Below are positions 36,924 through 43,360 of a stretch of DNA of 43,360 nucleotides, piece by piece. This stretch comes from Gammaproteobacteria bacterium. Lineage in GTDB: Bacteria; Pseudomonadota; Gammaproteobacteria; Arenicellales; Poriferihabitantaceae. The position numbers and the translations under genes were made by a program. Location of the stretch: the NCBI GenBank assembly GCA_022826305.1, contig JAJDVC010000071.1:1-43360 (forward strand), read 5' to 3'. Below the pieces are notes generated by a model. The model saw only the letters and a list, made by a program, of their open reading frames with translations. It was not told where the DNA came from and did not search any database. Position 1 is the stretch's first letter; each line of letters begins with the position of its first letter.

Positions 36924-38447
36924 ATGCCAGGCCGCTTTACCCCTGATGGTTCCAATCTCGGCATCACGAGACTGGTCCGCTACGCCCGGGATCCGGGTAC
37001 CGTCATCGGGCTGTGTGACGCCGGCCTTGAGCGGATGCGGCTGTCCCGGCGCATTGTCGATGATGCCATCACGCATTCCAGACCGGTTTACGGCCTGACC
37101 ACCGGGCTCGGTTCCCGGGTCACCGAGCCGCTGACCCCGGAACAGTTGTCCGGTTTTCCCATCCAGACCCTGCGCGGCCGTGCCCAGGCCATCGGCGAGC
37201 CGCTGACTCCGGAAGTTACCCGGGGCGCCATGATTGTCCGTCTCAATACCATGATGAGCGGTGCGAGCGGTGCAACTCCCGCCCTGGCCGAACATCTGCA
37301 AGTGTGCCTGAACCGGAGTCTGGTCCCCGTGGTCGGCGCCACAGGCTCGATCGGCGTCAGTGATCTTTGCATGGGCGCTACCATGGGCATGGCACTGATC
37401 GGGGAGGGAGAGATGTGGCTGGCCGGTGGCCGAAGGCGCTCGGCGGCCGAAGCACTGCGTCAGGCTGGCGTGCCGCCTGTCGGTCTGAAACCGGGGGAAG
37501 GTCTCGTGCTGGCGAGCCATGCCGCTTTCAGCGCCAGCATGTCGACTTTTTCGATTGCCGCGGCCGGGATGCTGTACAACTGCTTGCAGGCTTGCGCCGC
37601 CATGTCCATGGAGGCGATCGGTACAGGCTGTTCCGTGATCGAGATGCCCGTAATCGCATTGCAGCAGCATGGTGGGCAGCAGCGGGCGGCCGCCCATTTG
37701 CGAAACATCCTTGCAGGCGGCGGGTTCCTGTCGGGGAATCGGGGCGGCAGGATACAGGATCCGCTCTCGATCCGTAATGCGGTACAGGCGCACGGGTCGC
37801 TGCTTTCTGCCCTGGATGACGCGTTCAGTGCCGTGAATGCAGAACTGAACAGCGTCAGCGACAATCCGGTTGTCGACCTGAAGAACCGGAGGATCGTCCC
37901 GAGCGGCGGGTATTTCTCCTCCCAGCTGCTGCTGGTTCTGGAACTGGTGGCCAGGGGGCTGGATCTGGCAATGGTAATGCAGGTGGCGCGCATCTCGAAG
38001 CTGCTTGGCGAGCGGTTTTCGGGATTGCCCCAGTATCTGGTTCGCCCTGCATCGGATTCGAATGGCTTTGCGCCGGTTCTGAAGGTCGCGGAGGCGTTGC
38101 TGGCGAATGCCAAGCGACAGCTTGCGCCTGTTGTCTTGTGGCCCAGTATCAGCGCCGACGGCATGGAGGATGTGCTGACCAATGCCTTCGAACGCGCCGA
38201 CGCGCTGCATCGTGCGGTCAGGCAGGGATTTGCCTTGTCGGCCATCGAGTTGATGATCGCGGCACAGGCCCTGGATCTTTCAGGGCGGCTGGATACCGCG
38301 GGAACCGGGATCCGGAGTATCCATGGCCCAGTCAGGGAGCGGGTTCCTGAATTGACGACGGACCGTTCCGTTTCCGACGATATCAGGACACTCGCATGCG
38401 CCCTGGAATCAGGGGCGATGGACTTGCCGGACTGGCGGGAAGGGTGA
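36924..38447 (+). CDS. Aromatic amino-acid ammonia-lyase (HAL/PAL) family protein lacking the canonical MIO triad
   Basis: ATG at 36924 lies within the long ORF 36126..38447. Family motifs seen: YGLTTGLG, QDPLSIRN and SVSDNPVV. The expected G-S-x-G-A-S-G-D-L segment reads GSIGVSDL. Confidence 0.8.
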   Translation: MPGRFTPDGSNLGITRLVRYARDPGTVIGLCDAGLERMRLSRRIVDDAITHSRPVYGLTTGLGSRVTEPLTPEQLSGFPIQTLRGRAQAIGEPLTPEVTRGAMIVRLNTMMSGASGATPALAEHLQVCLNRSLVPVVGATGSIGVSDLCMGATMGMALIGEGEMWLAGGRRRSAAEALRQAGVPPVGLKPGEGLVLASHAAFSASMSTFSIAAAGMLYNCLQACAAMSMEAIGTGCSVIEMPVIALQQHGGQQRAAAHLRNILAGGGFLSGNRGGRIQDPLSIRNAVQAHGSLLSALDDAFSAVNAELNSVSDNPVVDLKNRRIVPSGGYFSSQLLLVLELVARGLDLAMVMQVARISKLLGERFSGLPQYLVRPASDSNGFAPVLKVAEALLANAKRQLAPVVLWPSISADGMEDVLTNAFERADALHRAVRQGFALSAIELMIAAQALDLSGRLDTAGTGIRSIHGPVRERVPELTTDRSVSDDIRTLACALESGAMDLPDWREG

Positions 38448-38481
38448 TCCCGCTTCCACCGGAATCATGTCCGACTCCCGT

Positions 38482-40578
38482 TCAGTCACCTGTTTCCGGC
38501 TGTTTCAGCAGGAACAGGGCATCGACGGCGACGGCTCTCCGGGGGTTGACGATAATCGGGTTGATATCCATCTCGGCGATGAAATCCTGCATTGCAACGG
38601 CAAGGCGGGAAAGTTTCACGAGACTGCCTATCAGTTCCGACCGGTTGCCGGGAGGCTGGCTGCGTATTCCCCGAAGCAGCCTGTCGACCTTGAGGCAGGA
38701 GAGCATTTCATCGGTCTCGAGACAGGAAACAGGCGGCAGGGCCACGGCCCGGTCTGCCAGGATTTCGATATGGGTGCCGCCCGCCGATACCATGACAAAC
38801 GGCCCGAATTGCGGGTCATTGATCATGCCGAAGCCGATTTCGGTCCCGGGAGCGACCTGTTCGCAGACAAGGGATTGGGCGCCCAGACGGACTTCCATAT
38901 CCCGGTAGCACCGCTCCAGCTGTTCGGCATTGCGTATGTCCGGAACGACTCCGTTCTGTTCCGTCTTGTGGTACAGGCCCGGTGCACAGGACTTGAGTAC
39001 CACCGGATATCCGATTTCCTGCGCATGTTCCAGCGCATGCTGTACGGAATCGACCGCGAAGCGCCGCGGTACCGCGATATCGAAGTCCTGCAGCATGTTC
39101 ATGGCGGTTGCTTCAGGCAGGTGGCTTTCGTCCGTCGCAGCCAGATGGCACCGCCACTTTTCCGTCATGACCGGATCGGATACGGTGACGATTTCTTCAG
39201 GTGCGCGGCCTGACCGGTCGCGGTAATGATAGAGATGCCGGGTCGCCAGGAGGGCTTCCCGGGCGCCGTCTATGAACGGAATGTCGGCTTCAAGCGCCTT
39301 CCTGCACAATTCCGGGTGAGAGATGTCACTGTAGCAGTTGACCATGGCCAGCGGCTTTTCATTTTCCTCGGATACGTTTCTGACCGCCCTGAAAAAGGCT
39401 TCCGAGAGGTAGTATCCGTCGCGGAAATTAGCGAAGAACATGCCGCTCGCTACCGCAGGATCACGCATCAGGGCGGCGATACAGGCGTAGAACCGGTATT
39501 CGAAGTTTTCGTTGGTTCCCCAGGCATCAAGGGGATTGTCGGCTTTCAGTCCGGGATCGAGGTGGCGGGCAATCTCGTTCCTGGTCTGTCGGCTGATCCG
39601 GGCGAACTCGATGCCGAGGTCATGGCAGATATCGGTGACCAGTTCCATGAAACCGCCCGATTCCTGGATCGTTGCCAGTGCTCCGGGGCCAGGCTTGCGG
39701 GCGGACTGCAACAGCATCAGCAGGGCGGCCATTTCATCGAGCCCCGCCACTTCCATTACCCCGTACTTCCTGAACACGGCCTCCAGGGCAGCATGGTCTC
39801 CTGCCATTGCCCCGGTATGGGTCTTCGCCAGTTCCGCCCCGAGCGGCGACTTCCCGACCCTCAGGACAACGACCGGTACACGTCGGTCAAGGGCTTTTTC
39901 AAGGGCCCCGAGAAAGCCGACCGGATCCCTGACGGTTTCAAGGAACAGGGCGATGGCCCGGGTCGTTTCCTGTTCCAGGGACCAGTCCATGTAGTCCGGT
40001 ACGGAGGTTGCCAGTTCATTGCCGCATGATACGCACAGGTTGAATGCGAGCCGGGCGCCGTTATGGACCAGGGCGGTGAGCGCCGACCCGGACTGGGCGA
40101 TGTAGCTGATGGAACCCGCTTCCATCGTCCTGTCTATCGGGAAGATGCCGGCAAACAGTCCGTGATCGACGGAATAAAAACCCATGCCGTTGCCGCCGCA
40201 GATCGGTATTCCCGCAGTGTCCGCCAATTGCGCCAGGCGCTGTTTCAGCGGTGGATCGGTATCGTTTTCCAGTATGCAGCTGGAATAAATCGTGGCGGCC
40301 TTCGCGCCGTGTTCGACAGCCTCGCGCAATGCGTCTTCCAGACGCTCGTTGGACACGGCCAGGATGGCATGATCGACAGCCTGCGGCAGGGCGGACAGAT
40401 CCGGGAAGCATGGTATCCCGAGAATCTCCGGATATCCCGGATTGACGGGATAAACGGCACCCTGATAGCCGGAATTGATGACAAGTTCCGCCAGGTTCCG
40501 GCCGGGACTGCCTGGTTTTGCCGAAGCACCCACCAGGGCGATGGAATCGGGTTTCAGCAGGGGGTCAAGTCGATGCAC
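38482..40578 (-). CDS. NDP-forming acyl-CoA synthetase (acetate--CoA ligase family; CoA-binding, succinyl-CoA-synthetase-like and ATP-grasp domains)
   Basis: 698 aa. The N-terminus reads PDSIALVGASAKPGS...YPVNP, a CoA-binding fold. The C-terminal half resembles an ATP-grasp domain. Confidence 0.85.
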   Translation of the reverse strand: MHRLDPLLKPDSIALVGASAKPGSPGRNLAELVINSGYQGAVYPVNPGYPEILGIPCFPDLSALPQAVDHAILAVSNERLEDALREAVEHGAKAATIYSSCILENDTDPPLKQRLAQLADTAGIPICGGNGMGFYSVDHGLFAGIFPIDRTMEAGSISYIAQSGSALTALVHNGARLAFNLCVSCGNELATSVPDYMDWSLEQETTRAIALFLETVRDPVGFLGALEKALDRRVPVVVLRVGKSPLGAELAKTHTGAMAGDHAALEAVFRKYGVMEVAGLDEMAALLMLLQSARKPGPGALATIQESGGFMELVTDICHDLGIEFARISRQTRNEIARHLDPGLKADNPLDAWGTNENFEYRFYACIAALMRDPAVASGMFFANFRDGYYLSEAFFRAVRNVSEENEKPLAMVNCYSDISHPELCRKALEADIPFIDGAREALLATRHLYHYRDRSGRAPEEIVTVSDPVMTEKWRCHLAATDESHLPEATAMNMLQDFDIAVPRRFAVDSVQHALEHAQEIGYPVVLKSCAPGLYHKTEQNGVVPDIRNAEQLERCYRDMEVRLGAQSLVCEQVAPGTEIGFGMINDPQFGPFVMVSAGGTHIEILADRAVALPPVSCLETDEMLSCLKVDRLLRGIRSQPPGNRSELIGSLVKLSRLAVAMQDFIAEMDINPIIVNPRRAVAVDALFLLKQPETGD

Positions 40579-41392
40579 CGGGATTCCCGAGCCTCTCTTC
40601 CCGCCACCTCAGGGCTGCCCTGAATCCCTGTTCCCGCAGTATCCGGTTGAATTCCCTGCGAATTGCCGTTTCGGTGGTCTCTATTTCGATGGAGGCCTCG
40701 AGTCCCGCATCCAGGGCCTCGTCGATACCCATTATCCGGTACGTCCGGTTGATCGCCTGCTTGGTCAGACGGACCGAGTCGGGATCCATTAGCGCTGTTT
40801 CGCGGGCCAGGCTTCTGCTGCGGGACAGCACCTCCCGATCGGGCACGACCTCATTGACGAGACCATACTGCAGCGCCTCGTCGGCAGTTATCCGGTCCTG
40901 TCCGGTCAGCAGCATTTTCCTGGCTCGTTTCGGATTGACATACCAGGGCAACAGCAGGGCCACGATGCTGCTGCCGAATCGTACTTCCGGTTCCCCGAAC
41001 AGCGCACTTTCCCCGCAAACCGTCATGTCGCAGGCCAGGGAAAGCTCGAAACCGGCTGCCAGGGCATATCCGTGTACACTGGCAATGGTGGGTTTTTCGC
41101 AGTGCCAGAATCGCATGATGACCGACAGGTCATGCTCCAGGGCCGAGCGCCATTCCTGTTCGCCCCTGCGGTCTTTTTCCACCGATACCTCCAGGTCGAA
41201 TCCTGCACAGAATGACCGGCCATTGCCATGCAGGACGATGACCAGAACCGTATCGTTCCGTTCCAGGCTATCCAGTGCGCTTTCCAGCTCATGGAGCATG
41301 GTGGCGTTGATGGCGTTCAGCTTGCCCGGACGGTTCAGCCTGATCGTGGCGACAGGACCGTCAATCGAAAGCTGGATGGTTTCGTAGGTCAT
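40565..41392 (-). CDS. Enoyl-CoA hydratase/isomerase (crotonase) family protein
   Basis: ATG at 41392 is Met63 of ORF 40565..41578. Motifs seen: GNGRSFCAGFDL and VHGYALAAGFELSLACD. The stop overlaps the acyl-CoA synthetase start by 14 nt. Confidence 0.85.
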   Translation of the reverse strand: MTYETIQLSIDGPVATIRLNRPGKLNAINATMLHELESALDSLERNDTVLVIVLHGNGRSFCAGFDLEVSVEKDRRGEQEWRSALEHDLSVIMRFWHCEKPTIASVHGYALAAGFELSLACDMTVCGESALFGEPEVRFGSSIVALLLPWYVNPKRARKMLLTGQDRITADEALQYGLVNEVVPDREVLSRSRSLARETALMDPDSVRLTKQAINRTYRIMGIDEALDAGLEASIEIETTETAIRREFNRILREQGFRAALRWREERLGNPGAST

Positions 41393-41537
41393 CTCCGTTA
41401 CAGGGGCTCCCCGTGAAAGGAAGGCATTATAGATTATGTCGACGACAGGCAGGCGCAAATAATCGTATCGTGTTTCAGGGTGATCCGTCTGTGCCTCGAT
41501 GCGGCATACGGATGGGCAGGCTTTCCGGCCGTTGGTG

Positions 41538-42656
41538 TCAACTGGTGTTGCCGCCCCAGGCAAACAGGGGCTTGCCAAGCGACTTCAGATCGACTTCCAC
41601 CCCGAGACCCGGGGCCGATGGTGCTGAACCGAACCCCTTGACGGAGCGTGGCTGATAGTGGGCGACGTGCTCGTTGACCCAGTCGTTCATGAATGAAACG
41701 GTGATGACCAGGTCCTTTCTCGTGCTGGCCGCGAGATGGCTGACGGCCGCTGTCACCAGGTCGCCTCCCCACGTGTCCTCGATGGTCATCCTGAGCCCGA
41801 GATGATCGATCAGGTCGCGTACCAGCCTTGATCCGGTCAGTCCCGAGAATCTGGAAAGCTTCAGGTTGATGCCTTCCATGCCGCCTGCGTTGAACGCCCT
41901 GATCAGCGTATTGACGTCCGGAAGCACCTCATCCAGCACCATGGGCAGGGAGGTGTGTCGACGGACATGCAGGCATTCTTCCAGGGTTCTGCAGGGCTCT
42001 TCAAGCAGTATCCGCTGCATGGGCTCGAGCAGGCGAACCGCGTTCATGGCGTCCTGCAGCCGCCATCCACCGTTGGCGTCGGCGATGATCAGATCGTTGT
42101 CGCTCGTTGCTTCAAGCACGCGGGCCACCCGTTGCGCGTCCTCGCAGGGGTCTGCGCCGATTTTCAGCTGAAAACAGTGCATTCCTTCTTCCCGGCGGTC
42201 CAGGACGTACTGCTGCATCTGCTCCGCCGGTCCGAGCGGCACGGCCTTGTAGAGTGGAAACTGCTCCTGCATCCGTCCGCCCAGCAGGGTGGCGACATCC
42301 AGGGAAGCCTGTTTCCCCAGGATGTCCCAGCAGGCCATGTCGACAGCGCTTTTCGCATAGGTGTGTCCTCTCAGAGACCCATTCATGGCCTGATGCATGG
42401 CGGACAGGTTGGTCGGGTCGACACCGATCAGTGACGGCAGCATCTGCCGGATCGCTGCCCGTGCGCCTTCACCATGGGAGTCAAGGTACAATGGTCCGAG
42501 CGGGCAGACCTCGCCCCAGCCTTCCAGGCCGTCGCCTGCAAGTATTCGCACCAGGGTACTCGGGATGCTGGTGACGACCTGATTCCCGGACATCATGTAA
42601 TCGCCGTAACGGTAGCTCAACTGGTAACCGTAGACTTCCATACGCTCGATTCTCAC
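41538..42656 (-). CDS. Enolase-superfamily enzyme (mandelate racemase/muconate lactonizing enzyme family)
   Basis: GTG at 42656 lies 7 nt after AGGAGG; an alternative ATG is at 42641. Metal-ligand contexts seen: IIADANGGW, LLEEPC and PMVLDEV. Confidence 0.85.
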   Translation of the reverse strand: MRIERMEVYGYQLSYRYGDYMMSGNQVVTSIPSTLVRILAGDGLEGWGEVCPLGPLYLDSHGEGARAAIRQMLPSLIGVDPTNLSAMHQAMNGSLRGHTYAKSAVDMACWDILGKQASLDVATLLGGRMQEQFPLYKAVPLGPAEQMQQYVLDRREEGMHCFQLKIGADPCEDAQRVARVLEATSDNDLIIADANGGWRLQDAMNAVRLLEPMQRILLEEPCRTLEECLHVRRHTSLPMVLDEVLPDVNTLIRAFNAGGMEGINLKLSRFSGLTGSRLVRDLIDHLGLRMTIEDTWGGDLVTAAVSHLAASTRKDLVITVSFMNDWVNEHVAHYQPRSVKGFGSAPSAPGLGVEVDLKSLGKPLFAWGGNTS

Positions 42657-42863
42657 GGTCGGACCTCCTGGGTCGGATACAGGTTCAGGGAACTGGCAGT
42701 ATATAGTGAAGCCATCCCGGGTGTGAAACCTTGTCGGCGCTGCGCCGGGCGACTGTGCGGGCTTGCCCCGGTGACAGTTCATAGCTTCCTGCAAGTGGGT
42801 GTGTGAACCGAAAACCTGTCTGAAGATCAGTTGCCCGAAACGACCGAATTTGACTGGGATGTG

Positions 42864-43360
42864 TTAACGCAAACACAGGAATTCGACGATGAGTCCGAAG
42901 GTGACGAAGCCGAGGAACATGACATCGAGCTTGTCGAAACGTGAGAAGATCCTGCGAAAGCCCTTGAGGCGGCGAAACAGGCGCTCGATCTCGTTGCGCC
43001 GCCTGTACAATGCCTTGTCGTACTGCCAGGGCGCGCGCCGATTCCGCTTCGGCGGCACCACCGGCCTGAAACCCCGCGCCCGGACCAGCTGGCGGGTCGC
43101 ATCGTCTTCGTACGCGCGGTCCATGAGCAGGGCCGGACTGTCCGCCGGTCGCGGCAGCCGGTTCAGCATCCTGCGCCCCTGCGGGGCATCATGCGCGTGG
43201 CCGGGCGAGAGCGTCCAGGCGACGGCTGTTCGGGCATCCGCGGCAGCCACATGAAATCTGGTGTCCCAGCCACCCCGGGACTTGCCGATGGCCTGTGGAC
43301 CGTTTCCTTCAGCGCCCCCGTGCCGTCGGGATGCACCTTGATGCTGGTGCTGTCCAGGCC
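42864..43360 (-). pseudogene. IS5-family (IS427-group-like) DDE transposase, partial. It runs off the window and has an apparent frameshift.
   Basis: The C-terminus reads DRAYEDDATRQLV...RRRNEIERLFRRLKGFRRIFSRFDK. Upstream, LDSTSIKVHPDGTGA is in a different frame from GAEGNGPQAIGKSRGGWDTRFH. The frame changes at the C5 run at 43315-43319. Confidence 0.75.

Overview
This is a GC-rich, proteobacterial-type chromosomal window of 43.4 kb. I found no rRNA, tRNA or CRISPR array. Most of it is ordinary metabolic or housekeeping coding sequence: a flavoprotein with a split class-I fumarase-like hydro-lyase, an outer-membrane barrel, DUF4396 plus cytochrome c, a DapA-like/aldehyde dehydrogenase/FAD-oxidase trio, a YcaQ-type glycosylase, an EamA transporter, a HAMP adenylate cyclase, an APH-like kinase, glnK-amtB with a textbook sigma54 promoter, a PQQ sugar dehydrogenase, a RibA-like protein, a desaturase, a HAL-family protein, and an acyl-CoA synthetase/crotonase/enolase-superfamily set. 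Three accessory patches interrupt this background. (i) At 5.5-8.0 kb there is a ghost of a type I R-M hsdM 5' end, an AbrB/PIN toxin-antitoxin pair bracketed by inverted IS termini, and a dead IS5-family copy. (ii) At 14.5-17.4 kb there is a DUF3883 nuclease-like gene and a twice-frameshifted AAA ATPase. (iii) At 25.0-34.9 kb there is a visibly less GC-rich island, bordered by a transposase N-terminal fragment. It carries the stand-out feature: a five-gene, translationally coupled minus-strand operon. Its products are a DrmA-like SF2 helicase, a DrmB-like DUF1998 protein, a compact SF1 ATPase, a 550-aa protein with no motif I can recognise, and a NERD-nuclease/SF1-helicase fusion. The operon has the DISARM core, but no methyltransferase and no PLD (DrmC) gene lies in or beside it, so I flag it as a candidate undescribed DrmAB-based defence system. 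A partial IS5/IS427-group transposase runs off the right edge. All family calls rest on motif recognition by eye; no searches were run.
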